DNA of 63,810 nt, the filler included, from Squatina squatina (taxonomy: Eukaryota): the NCBI GenBank assembly GCA_031763465.1. It is 13 parts of one record of this genome, joined end to end, with 100 filler letters (N's around TTAATTAATTAA, not from the genome) between each part and the next. Parts side by side here need not be neighbours in the genome. Positions count along the whole stretch, not along the records: positions 47,238 to 49,673 come from JARFOE010000051.1; positions 49,774 to 58,091 come from JARFOE010000051.1; positions 58,192 to 60,114 come from JARFOE010000051.1; positions 60,215 to 61,941 come from JARFOE010000051.1; 9 more parts are not named here. One strand, written 5' to 3'. Shown one piece after another: positions 48,123 to 62,041 of the stretch. The notes beneath the pieces were generated by a model that ran no database searches, was not told where the DNA came from, and saw nothing but the letters and a program-made list of their open reading frames with translations. The translations under genes and the position numbers were made by a program. Positions within the stretch are counted from its first letter, which is position 1. Every line of letters begins with the position of its first letter.

Positions 48123-48852
48123 CTGGTTTTGGGGGAAGGAGAAAAGGTGAAACAGTGACAGAACTGGTGCAAGTTACAGCACAATACAGAAAACATATAC
48201 CGCAAGCACCAGATCAGCAACTTTACCTCGTGTTAAATGTCCACGATATATGCAGCTGGTGAGAACTCGTAGCTGACACAAATCTAAACTCAGGTGAGGT
48301 TATAATAATCTGCAGCACATTGGCCGATATTACCTTGGCCTGATCAACTTTAGAAATCACCACTCTGAATGCTCATCTTGCAGGACTGTACTAAGTCCCT
48401 AAAATCCTCTGTCCAGAACCTGACCGGGCCAGTGATCCCCAAACACACAAACCTGGGTTTGGTAACTCAACAACTTCAGCAGTGAGCTGCCCCGCTTCCT
48501 GCTGGAGAAAGAAACCAACAGTCGTTGGAGAACTGGGAAGAGGATTAAGCAGCAACCTGGGGCCAGCCGATCACAGCTGGCATGGCCCGGGGACCTCTGG
48601 CCGCCATTCTCTATCTCGCCAGTTCCCCAATTCCATCTTCCTTGAAGAAATTTAACACTTACCTTCCGTTCATTTGAATTTTTTTCAAAAAGACGTTTTA
48701 ATTAAAAGTGCCCTTGGCTCACAGCCAGCTGCAAATGACATAAGGTATCACCTCGATCCCCAGCTGGGCCTGTTTCACAGGACAAGGATTAAACACAGGC
48801 CAAGTGTCCCTCCCAAACAATCCGCGAGTTGCAGTCCTACATCAATGTCTTA

Positions 48853-48975
<123 letters not shown>

Positions 48976-49136
48976 TCACATCACACAGAAACCACTCCAT
49001 ATAACTGGTGCTCAGACTTTAAGAACATAAGAAATANNNNNNNNNNNNNNNNNNNNNNNNNNNNNNNNNNNNNNNNNNNNNNNNNNNNNNNNNNNNNNNN
49101 NNNNNNNNNNNNNNNNNNNNNNNNNNNNNNNNNNNN

Positions 49137-49436
49137 CTGTATCACTCTATGATTCTATGACAGAACTAGAGGTCATAAACATAAGATAGTCACTAATAAA
49201 TCCAATATGGAATTCAGCAGAAGCTTCTTTACCCAGAGAGTGGTAAGAATATGGAATGTGCTACCACAAGGAGTAGTTGTAGGCAAATAGCATAGATGCA
49301 TTTAAGGGGAAGCTAGATAAGCACATAAGGGAGAAAGGAAGCGAATGATATGATGAGTGGGTTAGATGAAGTAGGGTGGGAGGACCGCCGGCATAGACAA
49401 GTTGGCCCGAAAAGCCTGTTTCTGTGCTGTACACAC
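49137..49436 (+). mobile_element. CR1 LINE 3' end
   Basis: ACTAGAGGTCATAAA..TTCTTTACCCAGAGAGTGG. Confidence 0.8.
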
Positions 49437-49773
49437 GATGCAAATCCTCAGCTTTGGCAGTTTATCCTTACCCCTTTAAATTATTCACAATTTCTTTACA
49501 GATGTTATATTTTGCCACAGTGTGAAAAGTAGAAAGGCTACTTATTAAATTAAGATGTAATTGATATTATGGTTTTTATTTTAAAGATTCTGAAGAACGA
49601 ATCATGAAAAGACACAAGTTCAGCTAAAGACTTAACTGTGTTCTATATTGTATCAAAATAAACATAGACCCTTNNNNNNNNNNNNNNNNNNNNNNNNNNN
49701 NNNNNNNNNNNNNNNNNTTAATTAATTAANNNNNNNNNNNNNNNNNNNNNNNNNNNNNNNNNNNNNNNNNNNN

Positions 49774-50422
<649 letters not shown>

Positions 50423-50522
50423 NNNNNNNNNNNNNNNNNNNNNNNNNNNNNNNNNNNNNNNNNNNNNNNNNNNNNNNNNNNNNNNNNNNNNNNNNNNNNN
50501 NNNNNNNNNNNNNNNNNNNNNN

Positions 50523-50665
50523 CTGCTCCCCTCTCTGCTTCCCTCTCTCCTGCTCCCCTCTCTGCTCCCCTCTTTCCTGCTCCTCTCTCCTGCTTCCCTC
50601 TTTCCTGCTCCGTTCTCGGCTTCCCTCTCTCCTGCCCCCTCTCTTCTGCTCCCCTCCCTGCTGCT
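50523..50665. repeat. Pyrimidine-rich low-complexity repeat (CTGCTCCCCTCT-like)
   Basis: Visible short degenerate tandem units. Confidence 0.85.
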
Positions 50666-51789
50666 CAACAACTTATATTTATACAGCCTCTTTAATGTAG
50701 TAAAACATCCCATGACACTTCACAGGGCCATTATAAAATAATATTTGACACCGGGCAGATGACCAAAAGCTTGGTCAAAAAGGTAGATTTTAAGAAGCTT
50801 CTTAAAGGAGGAAAGAGAGATAGAGAGGTTTTATGGAGGGAATTCTAGAGTTTAGGGTCCAGACAGCTGAATGCACTCTCATTTTTAGAAAGACTTTTGG
50901 GAGCTCTGCCACAAAGACAATTCAACAGCTGGCTTTCCCTCCCTTCAGCCGCCCGTTTTTGGACGTAACCTAGGTTCACAATGGAGGAAAATGTCGCAAA
51001 AACATTCTGGCCGCTCTTCCTCAGACTCCATCAGGGCAAGTCAGAGAACTTCAGCTGCTGCATCCTCGCTCGCCAAGACCTGTACGGAACTACTTGCAGA
51101 GGCCCAGAGGAACTCCAAACCTGCAGGCAACTGGGACCCAGTGAATATGTTTTTCTAATAGTCTTTGGGGTCAAAACTCTGTAGCACACGTTTACGGCGC
51201 TCCCTCTAAAGGGCCTGAAATTGGGTAAATTCGGTGAGCTATGCAAGTAGCAGGGGAGAGGGTGAGCAGTTCTCCTCAGCCTTTTCATTATGCATGGCTC
51301 AGGAGATTGCACATCCAAGACATTCAAGGTGTGAATTGTTGGGTGATTCAGCAGACAAACGATCAAAGTTGCCTTTGGGGCCCAGGTATAAGATAGCAAG
51401 AAGGGACAACCTCCACACAACAAAGCTGAAGACAGACGGAGACCAGTCACTCCAGATCCAGGCCTACAATCAACATCAGTAATGAGCAGCAGCATGGGTG
51501 ATAGTAAGTTCCAGACAGATCACTGAGGGTTTTGCACTGCAGAGGCTGCAGCCAAGGGAAGAAGGACGGAAACCGGTCATTTCCAGGTCCAGGCCTACGA
51601 TCAGCATCAGTAATGACCAGCCGCATGGGTGATTGTACGTTTCAGTCAAATCATCGACATGTTTGTAGTGGGGTTTTGTTGGTTTAATAAGTTAACTAGT
51701 TTTGGTTGAGTGGAGACCTGTTGGTCGTCTATATTTTGTTCCTGCAATCCCCAAGTTAAAGAATCAGTGTAAGGTACTAAAGGAACGGA

Positions 51790-52339
51790 ACACCTTACAG
51801 TCTCAACCCTGGTTCAATGAGGAGTGCAGAAAACTATGCTTGGACCAGCACCAGGTGTGCCTGAAAATGAGGTGCCAGTTGGGGAAGCTGCAACACAGCA
51901 CGACATGCATGCTAAACAGCAGAAATTGCATGCTATAAAGAGAGCTAAGCTATAAATAGAGCTAAGCAGTCCCACGGATCAGATCAAAGCGCTGCAGTCC
52001 CGCCACATCCAGTCGTGAATGGTAGTAGACAAATAAACAACTAATGGGAGGAGGCTCCATGAATATCCCCATGCTCAATGATGGTGGAGCCCAGCACGCA
52101 AGTGCAAAAGACAAGGCTGAAGCGTTTTGAACCATCTTCAGCCAGAAGTGTCGAGTGGATGGTCCATATCGGCCTCCTCCTGAGGTCCCCACCATCACAG
52201 AAGCCAGTCACCTGTCAATTCGGTTGGCAGACAGGAAGCAAAGAGTTGGAATAAACGGGTCTTTTTCCGAATGGCAGGCAGTGACTAGTGGGGTACCGCA
52301 GGGATCGGTTTTAGGACCCCAGCTATTCACAATATATAT
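51790..52339 (+). mobile_element. L2/CR1-superfamily fragment followed by a CR1 RT fragment
   Basis: QPWFNEECRK; RKQRVGINGSFSEWQAVTSGVPQGSVLGP. Confidence 0.8.
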
Positions 52340-52708
52340 NNNNNNNNNNNNNNNNNNNNNNNNNNNNNNNNNNNNNNNNNNNNNNNNNNNNNNNNNNNNN
52401 NNNNNNNNNNNNNNNNNNNNNNNNNNNNNNNNNNNNNNNNNNNNNNNNNNNNNNNNNNNNNNNNNNNNNNNNNNNNNNNNNNNNNNNNNNNNNNNNNNNN
52501 NNNNNNNNNNNNNNNNNNNNNNNNNNNNNNNNNNNNNNNNNNNNNNNNNNNNNNNNNNNNNNNNNNNNNNNNNNNNNNNNNNNNNNNNNNNNNNNNNNNN
52601 NNNNNNNNNNNNNNNNNNNNNNNNNNNNNNNNNNNNNNNNNNNNNNNNNNNNNNNNNNNNNNNNNNNNNNNNNNNNNNNNNNNNNNNNNNNNNNNNNNNN
52701 NNNNNNNN

Positions 52709-53140
52709 CCCGGAACCCAAGATAGAGTGCCGGGCTGCACGATGGCGGCCCAGTCCACGTTGGGGCCGCCATTGTCGGGCCGACCCAAGAGTTGGCCGAC
52801 AAATAAAGATCGCGGCCCGGAGTGCTGCAGGCCTCCCCTTTAAGCAGCGCCCCTGCAGCAGATGTCCGTCAGCTTCACGACCCACAAAGCTGGTGTTGTC
52901 ATTATCTGCACCAACCTTGCGGCCCGCGTGGCATTAAGGGATCGGCGTAAGGTGGTGAGGGGTCAGCGTGCACGGCGATGATGTCATCGATGGTTGCACA
53001 ACGACCCAGGGCGCTAACCACGCAGCGCTGCCAGGACAGCGCCTCCCAAACCTCCGGAACAATTTCCTGGGAGGTGGTAGCGCCCCCCCCCCTCCCCCGG
53101 AGGTGTTATCGGGGTGCAAAAAAGGGGCAATTTTGCCCCC
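52709..53140. mobile_element. GC/CpG-rich putative Harbinger-type element, right end
   Basis: Ends GGGGCAATTTTGCCCCC. Confidence 0.45.
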
Positions 53141-53205
53141 AGGATCTATTAACTGTCTTCTTTTATCTCAAAATGTTCAAACAAATACAGATTACAATAT
53201 TAAAA

Positions 53206-53550
53206 TGGGCTCTCCCTGCTCGTGAAGAAACACTATTATTGTTGCTTACAAATCTTTTGGGAAAACACAGAAACCCACTGAGTCAACGGGACCTTGAACA
53301 ACCAGCCAAACTGCCGGAGGGATATTTAGGAAGTGATCTAACTGCACTGGTGAAGGAGGCATCGTTGGGTCCAATTCGAGAGCTCAAACCAGAACAAGTG
53401 AGGAGTATGACTGCTGGTCAGGGGAGAAAGATCCAACTGGTTGATTTTAAAGAAGCACTGGGGAAGATCAAACCCAGTGTGGGCCCTCAGATTCTCGAGA
53501 GGTACAACTGCTGTAATAAAGAATGTGGAGACACTGCAGTTAATTTCTGA
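53206..53550 (+). pseudogene. SPAST: Intronless 5'-truncated spastin (SPAST) C-terminal copy, probable processed pseudogene
   Basis: [75 protein letters not shown] is contiguous across several vertebrate SPAST exons. Confidence 0.8.
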
Positions 53551-53699
53551 GATGACACCAGCATGTGTTCCATTCAATACTGTAAGGACTTGCCATTATT
53601 GGAACAGTACATCCGAATGACTTTAGCCTTTTGGCAGAACAGTTTAAAATTCAATCAAATAATGAGAAAAAACAATCTGGTTTAGTTTGGTAATGTTAA

Positions 53700-55495
53700 A
53701 AAGCTTGGTGGGAATGTAAGTTATGAGGAGGATACGAAGAGGCTTCAAGGGGCTAAAGACAGACTAAGTGAGCAGGCAAGAATATGGCAAATGGAATATA
53801 ATGTGGAGAACTCTGATGTTATCCACTTTGGTTGGAAAAACAAAAAAGCAGAACATTTTTTAATGGTGAGAGACTGGGAAATGTTTGCATTCAAAGGGAC
53901 CTGGGGTGTGGTACATGAATCACAGAAACTTAACATGCAGGTACACCAAGCAATTAGGAAAGCAAATGGTATGTTGACCTTTATTACAAGAGGTTTTGAG
54001 TATAAGAATAAAGATGTATTGCTGCAATTATTTCGGGCCCTGGTGAGGCAACACTTGGAATATTTTGTATAGTTTTGGTCTCCTTACCTTTGGAAGGATA
54101 TACTTGCCACAGGGAAAGTGCAACGGCAGTTCAGAAGACAGGTTCCTGGGTTGAGGGGGATTGTCTTATGATGTGACATCGAGTCGACTATGCCTATTAT
54201 CTCTGCAGTTCAGAAGAATGAGAGGTGATCCCCTTGAAACATACAAAAATCTTACAGGGCTTGAAAGGGTTGCTGCTGCGAGGATGTTTCCCTTGGCTGG
54301 GGAGTCTAGAACCAGAGGTCATAGTCTCAGAATAAGGGATCGGCCATGTAGGACTGAGAAGAGGAGAATTTTTTCACTTGGACAGTGGGGAATCTTTGGA
54401 ATTCTCTTGACCACTTGGCTGTGGAGTCTTAGTCGTTGAGTGTATTCAAGACAGAGATCGATGGTTTATTGGATAATTAGGGAACCAAGGGATATGGGGA
54501 TCAGGCAGGAAAGTGGATTCGAGGTTGAAGATGAGCCAGGATCTTATTGACTGGTGGAGCAGGTCTGAGGGTCCAAATGGCCTGCTCCTGCTCTGAATTC
54601 AAATGTTCTTATGTTCCACGAACAAGGATGAAGAGAAGAATATCAATGGATTAATGTCAGACATGTCGGGCTAAGTGAGAGGTGCTCTCTTCCCATTTGC
54701 AGAAACCTGTATGTTTGCCTCTTCAAACAGCAGGGAACGGGTTCCACTACAGCAGAGAATAAATGCATGCCAAACTTTATTTCTGAAGTAGATTGGGGCA
54801 ACCGACCCAATGGTGATGCAGGGTGATGATATCAGTGCCTGATGAACGATAATCAACAACCCTTCCTCAGAAGCATTCCAATCCCAATATAACTGCATGA
54901 AAGAAGCAAGTCAGGATGATCACCAACCAGTGTAGCCTCAGTGCCCAGACCTGTTCGTGTGCCAGCAGCCATTTCTGAAGTAATTGCTGAACATACTTGG
55001 CAACAATTTACCCATTCTATTTGCCTTTGAGAGGGTACAATGTAGATTCACCAGAATGGCATCAGGATAAAGGCGTAAATTATAAGGTCAGGGTGCATAA
55101 ATTTGTTTTGCATTCCCTTGAGTGTAGAAGGTTTAATCTAGGTCTTTAAGATAATAAAGGGATTTTATAGGGCAGCTACAGATCAAATATTTCCTCTGGT
55201 AAGGGAGTCCAGAGAATGGGGCAATATCTTACAATTAGAGTTAGGTAATTTATGAGTGAAAACAGGAAGCACTTCTTCACACATAAAGTAGAAGAAATCT
55301 GGATCTTTCTCACTCCCAAAAGGCTGTGGATTCTGCATTATCTGAATTTTTCAGGACTGATATCGATAGATATTTGTTGGGTAAGATTATCAAGGAATAT
55401 TGATCAAAGGTGGGTAAATGGAGTTGAGGTACCGATCACCCATTATCTAACTGCACGGAGTCACAGGTTTGAGGGCCTGTTCTTACGTTCCTAAG
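53700..55495 (+). mobile_element. Two degenerate CR1 LINE 3' portions (53700-54615, 55020-55495)
   Basis: AIRKANGML.FITRGFEYK..RRMRGD..RGHSLRIR. Confidence 0.87.
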
Positions 55496-56159
55496 TAGCT
55501 CCTGCCAAAATTCAAGTACAGAGTTGAATGAATTTAGAGTGTTCGGTAAGCCGAGGCAGTGATTATTGAGTGAGCTGAGAGAGTGAGTGTTGAAATGCTA
55601 TTCGACTGTGGTGATTATTGCAGTTGCACATTCGATCACACAAGCTGACTTCCACACCCCTGCAGTTTAGATATAGAAACATAGAAAATAGGAGCAGGAG
55701 TAGGCCATTCGGCCCTTCAAGCCTGCTCCGCCAACAATATGATCATGGCTGATCCTCTATCTCAAGGCCGTATTCCCGTTTTCTCCCGATACCCCTTGTT
55801 GCCTTTAGTATCTAGAAGTCTACATATCTCCTTCTTGAATACATTCAATGACTAGTTTCCAGGAGATGTCATTGGACAGTGATCAGGAGTGAGGACATTG
55901 GTTGATTTTTCTGCACCTTAGCACAGGGGCACTGATGCCAATGGTCGCACGCTAAGCATTGCCTCAGCAGAGCTCAGCTATGTCGGCATGGACCTGGGAT
56001 GAAACTGGCCATCTTGTGGCCTTTGCCACTTGGTACTACACCTTCACCCAGTCCAGTTACCCAAAGGGCCCGTTTGACACACATATAACAAATATGCAAC
56101 CTAAAAGACAGTGAACTTGGTCTTGGCAAGGAGCACAACATGGGTGATGGCGATGAAAA

Positions 56160-56840
56160 TAAGCATGCAGGTGCGGCAGGCAGTTAAGAAGGCGAATTGT
56201 ATGTTGGTCTTCATAGCAAGTGGGTTCGAGTACAGGAGCAGGGATGTCTTGTTGCAGTTATACAGGGTTTTGGTGAGACCACAGCTTGAGTATTGTGCAG
56301 AGTTTTGTTCACTGTACCTGAAGAAGGATGTTCTTGCCATGGAGGGAGTGCAGCGAAGATTCACCAGAATGATTCCTGGGATGGCAGGGATGACGTATGA
56401 AGAGAGATTGGGTAGATTAGGCTTATATTCGCTCGAGTTTAGAAGAATGAGAGGGGATCTCATTGAAACTTACAAATTTCTAACAGGACTTGCCAGATTC
56501 GATGCAGGAAGGATGTTCCCGAAGGCTGGTGAGACCAGAACCCGGGGTCACAGCTTAAGGATAAGGGGTAAGCCTTAGGACTGAGATGAGGAGCAATTTT
56601 TTCATCCAGAGAGTGGTGGACCTGTGGAATTCTCTATCACAGAAGGCAGTTAGGCCAAATCGTTAAATATATTCAAGAAGAAGTTAGACATCGCGCTTAA
56701 GGCAAAAGGGATCAAGGGTAATAGGGAGAAAGCTGGTACAGGGTACTGAAGTTGGAAGATCAGCCATGATCCTATTCAATGGCGGAGCATGCTCGAAAGG
56801 CTGAATGACCTACTCCTGCTCCTATCTTCTATGTTTCTAC
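56160..56840 (+). mobile_element. CR1 LINE 3' portion
   Basis: AVKKANCML..VQRRFTRMIPG..RGHSLRIRGKP and tail. Confidence 0.9.
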
Positions 56841-56844
56841 CTTT

Positions 56845-57832
56845 CATTTTTCATAACTCCAATAAGTATACACCCAATCTGGTCAACCTTTCCTAATAAG
56901 ACAACCCTTCCATACCCGGAATCAATATAGTGAACCTTCTCTGAACTGCGTCCAGTGCAAGTATATCCTTCCTTAAATAATAGGACCAAAACTGTGCACA
57001 GTAATCCAGGTGTGGTCTCACCAGTACCGTGTACAGTTGTAGCAAGACTTCCCTACTTTTATACACAATCACCCTTGAAATAAATGCCAGCATTCTATTT
57101 GCTTTCCCAATTTCCTGCTGCACCTGCAAGCTAACTTTCTGTGTTTCATGAATGAGGACACCTAAATCACTCGGTATCACAGCATTCTTTTATTTTCTCT
57201 CCATTTAAGTGATACTTTACTTTTCCATTCTTGCTATCAAAGTGGATAACTTCACATTTTCCCACATTATATTCCTTCTGCAAAGTTTTTGCCTACTCAC
57301 TGAAGATATCCATATCCATTTGCAACTTTGTTGTGTTCTCCATGGCTTTCCCACCTATCTTTGTATCATCAGCAAATTTGGCTACAATACACTCGCTTCC
57401 TTCATCCAATTCATTAATAGTGATTGTACATAGTTGAGGCCCCAGCACTGACCCCTGTGACACCCCACTAGTTATAGATTGCCATCCTGAAAATGACCCC
57501 TTTCTCCCAAGTCTTTATTTTCTGTTAGTTAGCCAATCCTCTATGCAAGCTAATATATTAACCCCAACACCATGAGCTCCTATCATGTTCAGTAACCTGC
57601 TATGTGGCACTTTTTGAATGCTTTTGGAAATCCAAATACACTAAACCTACTGGTCCCCCTCTATCCAACCTGCTTGTTACGTCCTCAAAGCACTCTAATA
57701 AATTTGTCAATCATGATCTCCCTTTCATAAACCCATGATGACTCTGCTTGATTGTATTATGAGTTCCTAAATGCCCTGCAAATGGATTCCAGCATTTCCC
57801 CAATGAGAGATGTTAGGCTAACTGGCCTATAG
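56845..57832 (-). mobile_element. CR1 LINE RT portion
   Basis: DLGVLIHE..LVRPHLDYCAQFW and upstream RT motifs. Confidence 0.88.
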
Positions 57833-57839
57833 TTAGGCC

Positions 57840-58091
57840 AGTTCCGAAGGGACCACTCCCTCCGCGACATCCTGGTCCACGCCTCTATCATCCCCAGCAA
57901 CTCTTCCCCTGCCCACGACACCTTCCCATGTGAGCACAGGAGATGCTACACCTGCCCCTTTACCTCCTCCCTTCCCACTGTCCAGGGCCCCAAACATTCC
58001 GTCCAGGTGAGACAGAGATTTACTTGCATTTCTTTCAATTTAGTATACTGTATTCGCCGCTCACGATGTGGTCTCCTCTACATAGGAGAGA
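57840..58091 (+). mobile_element. Penelope-like element fragment
   Basis: TFPCEHRRCYTCP..FTCISFNLVYCIR..LYIGE. Confidence 0.82.
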
Positions 58092-60213
58092 NNNNNNNNN
58101 NNNNNNNNNNNNNNNNNNNNNNNNNNNNNNNNNNNTTAATTAATTAANNNNNNNNNNNNNNNNNNNNNNNNNNNNNNNNNNNNNNNNNNNNCCCCATGTT
58201 TGCCTAGCCTGCTGACACTCGCTGCTGAGGTTCACGCAGCGCAAACAGCCACATTGGGAATGGTCGCATAGTGGTTATGTTACTGGAATAGTAATCCAAA
58301 GGCCTGGATAATGACCGGCAGCCGTGGAATTCAGTGAATTAAATAAATCTGGAATAAAAAGCTAGTCTCAGTAATGGTGACAATGAATCTACCGGATTGT
58401 TGTACAAGCCCATCTGGTTCACTAATGCTGCCCTTGCCTGGTTTGGCCTATTTGTGACTCCAGACCCACTTGACTCTTAACTTTCCTCTGAAATGGCAGA
58501 TGAAAAACTGCACATTAAGAAACTCAACCCATGGAAATGACAACATTTAACAGAGCTCAGTTTTGATGATTCAAGTTTAGTGTTGCACACAACAGACCCT
58601 TTTTTCAAAGCCGAGTTTAATAATTATCTTCGATTATGGACTTTGCAGCGATAAATGGAGACTACCTCCCGGACCCTACCGCACCTCGTGTACCTCACAA
58701 CCACTGGCACGTAGCTGATTACCACAACGTTTTGAAAATTACTGCCACACATATTTTTCCCATTCACAACTGGCAAAATGTTGCTGCAAGGAATGCACTG
58801 TTGAGTTTTGTTTGCTGTGAGGGATCGGGACCTTGATGAGATTCCAGCCGACTCGACTTCACAACCAGGCTTAATGACATTTAGTGATCAGGGTCATGCT
58901 CAATGTATGCAACTGAAAGAGGGACAGAAGAGAAACAGAAGGGGAAGAATAGAAACACAGCAGAGAGTGAGAGAGCAGAAAGAGAGTGTAAAATCCTAAG
59001 AAGAGTGAAAGTTGAGACAAAGGAAAGAAAGAAAGAATGAGCAAATACAGTAAGGAAGATTAAGGGCGCCCAATTCGATTGCCCTAAGTNNNNNNNNNNN
59101 NNNNNNNNNNNNNNNNNNNNNNNNNNNNNNNNNNNNNNNNNNNNNNNNNNNNNNNNNNNNNNNNNNNNNNNNNNNNNNNNNNNNNNNNNGTGGTGGGATC
59201 GAGCTGGAGGTGGTGAGAATAGCGGCAGATGATCTCTAACTGTTTGTCCTTTTTGGGGGAAGAGCGCGAGATCCTGATGTGGACACTTGTTTACGTTGGC
59301 CAATAATGGGTGCAAATGGGGGGGAAAAAAAATTCTGCAATTTAAAAAGTAAATATCAGTAATGGTGACCATGAAACCACCGAATTGTTATTTTAAAAAC
59401 CTATCTGGTTCACTAATGCCCTTTTAGGGAAGGAAATCTGCCCTCCTCCCTCCGCCTCCCTCCCCCCCGGGGTCTGCCCCAATATGATTCCAGACCCACA
59501 GTAATGTGGCCCTCTGAAATGGCCAAGCAGCTGCAACAAAGTCAGCACTGTGGGAGTATCTTCACCATCTTCACGGCTGCTGCGGCCCACCTCCCAGAGC
59601 AATTAGGGATTGGCAATAAATGCTGGTCTTACCAGCGACATCCACATCCCATACATGAATAAATTTATAAAAAAACAAGGCAAGTACCATGAGGTCCCAT
59701 GTCACACGGGTCCCATATAAATGCAATCTCATTTGCTTCTTAATAGGTATTTTCTAAACTCCTATCAACCTTCAGCATCTTACTAAAACTTTTTTGGGAG
59801 AAATTGTGCTCCACTTTGTTTTGACATAAAATGCTTTAACACTGAATACTCTGCCTCTTCTAATCAAAATCTGCAGGTGATCATCTTCTATGGCCACACT
59901 CCATTTTTGTCTGTGCTTGTGTAAAGTGCTGCACTGCATTCAGAGCCATTTAGCTTTACCCCTTCCCTTGGCCAGCTTGGTTTGGCAATTTAGGGTGAGA
60001 TTCTATTGTGATGCAAAGTGATAGTTCCTTTCCCTTTAATACCAACCGCTCTCAAGGGATCTTGATCTGCTTCAGGGAAATCTCCCCATTTCCTCGGTGC
60101 CCTTAATTTAACATNNNNNNNNNNNNNNNNNNNNNNNNNNNNNNNNNNNNNNNNNNNNTTAATTAATTAANNNNNNNNNNNNNNNNNNNNNNNNNNNNNN
60201 NNNNNNNNNNNNN

Positions 60214-60582
60214 NAGATTTGATAGAGGTATTCAAAATCACGAGGGTTCTAGACAGAGTAGATAGAAAGAAACTGTTCCCAGTGACGGAATGGTCGAGAA
60301 CCAGCGGACACAGATTTAAGGTGACTGGCAGAAGTAACCAAAGGCGACATGAGGAAAAACATTTTTTTTTTTACGCAGCGAGTTTTAGGATCTGGAATGC
60401 ACTGCCTGAAAGGGTGGTGGATGCAGATTCAACCGTGGCTTTCAAAAGTACCTGAAGGAAAGCAATTTGCAGGGCTATGGGGAACGGGCGGGGGAGCGGG
60501 ACTAGCTGAGGTGCTCTTGCAGAGAGCCGGCTAGGGCCCGAATGGCTTCCTTCTATGCTGTAACCATTCTATGATTCTATGA
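60214..60582 (+). mobile_element. CR1 LINE 3' end
   Basis: DLIEVFKI..DRKKLFPV and (ATTCTATG)n tail. Confidence 0.87.
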
Positions 60583-61004
60583 TGTGAATAACTGCCACTT
60601 GGGTGAGGTATCAGAGGGTACCTGCCTGTTGAATTGTGGACTAGGAAGATATCAATATTTTCAAGGGAAAACAGGAAAAAGTTGACAGAAAAAGGACAGA
60701 GAAAAGTTTTCAATAGTGTAAGGGAGTAAAATTATCCAAGATCCATAAGAAACATTCATCTGAAGTAACTTATCTACCCACCAAACACTGAGAACCACTG
60801 AGTACCATTAATCTATCATCCTTGAGTAAGCTACTTGCTGCCCCTTTATATTTTCCTCCGTCACCACTCACTATTCATAGAACAACAGGAATTGAAAACA
60901 ATTTGTTCTCAAGCCTCTACATCAGACAGCTATCCTCAGAGTGTTTTTCCTCTCACAGAATGAAACTTCAGCTGTCTGTGACTGCCTCTCATGGCCTCAC
61001 AATG

Positions 61005-61465
61005 TCATCTGTGGCTCAGTTGGTAGCACCTTCACCTCTGAGTCAGAAGGGTGTGAGTTCAAGTCCCACTCCAGAGACTTGAGCACATAAATCTAGGCTG
61101 ACACTCCAGTGCGTTACTGAGGGAGTGTTGCATTGTTGGAGGTGCCGTCTTTCGGATGAGACGTTAAGCTGAGGCTCTGTCTGGTCTCTGAGGTAGATGT
61201 AAAAGATCCCACTATTTCGAAGAAGAGCTTGGGAGTTATCCATGGTGTCCAGGTCAATATTTATGCCTCAATCAACATCACTAAAACAGATTATCTGGTT
61301 ATCACATTGCTGTTTGAGGGAGCTTGCTGTGCGCAAGTTGGCTGCCATGTTTCCGACATTACAACAGTGACTACACCTCACAAGTACGTCATTGGCTGTA
61401 AAGCACTTTGGGATGTCCCGAGGTCATGAAAGGCACTATATAAATGCAAATCTTTCTTTCTTCTT
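61005..61465 (+). mobile_element. Near full-length DeuSINE (SacSINE1-like)
   Basis: A box TGGCTCAGTTGG, B box GTTCAAGTCC, Deu core, tail. Confidence 0.85.
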
Positions 61466-61678
61466 TTACACAATAAATGTTGCATTAAAGTGTTAATGAT
61501 GAAAAACATTTGCACATTCAGTGAATACTGCACTCCTTGGTCTAACACTGCTCTAAAATAGTCAGAATTAAATTGAGAAAATAACTTTTACAGTTGTCAT
61601 ATGGAAAAACAACATGCATGTTCCAAGATGCAAAGAATATGACATACTAAAGGGTTACTTGACTAAGAATGTACTTAC

Positions 61679-61786
61679 CCATACGAATGAGAGAACACTC
61701 TGAATTGGAGTTGGCAGGTGGAGGACTAACATGATAATTAAGTAGATCTCCAAAATGGCTCTCATCTAAAATAACATGGTACGTAC
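61679..61786 (-). CDS. Candidate 108-nt phase-1 symmetric exon of an unidentified gene ([35 protein letters not shown])
   Basis: TCTCTTCCTAG acceptor, G|GTAAGT donor, only one open frame, unique flanks. Confidence 0.6.
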
Positions 61787-62041
61787 CTAGGAAGAGACCA
61801 CAGAAATAATTTATGATGTTAATATTTCTTAAACTAGATTATTTCATTTTTATTTTGAAGGAGAGACTCCCTCCATCTTCTTTGCTTTCCTGGTCTCTTT
61901 AGGCTCCACACTAAGTGCTACCAAAAGGACAGATGACCTGTNNNNNNNNNNNNNNNNNNNNNNNNNNNNNNNNNNNNNNNNNNNNTTAATTAATTAANNN
62001 NNNNNNNNNNNNNNNNNNNNNNNNNNNNNNNNNNNNNNNNN

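Noticed and set aside
54617..55000. Coding-looking unique segment between CR1 copies
   Set aside because: Stops in all long frames and no recognisable homology.
61005..61075. tRNA gene
   Set aside because: A and B boxes belong to a SINE head that continues into the Deu domain.
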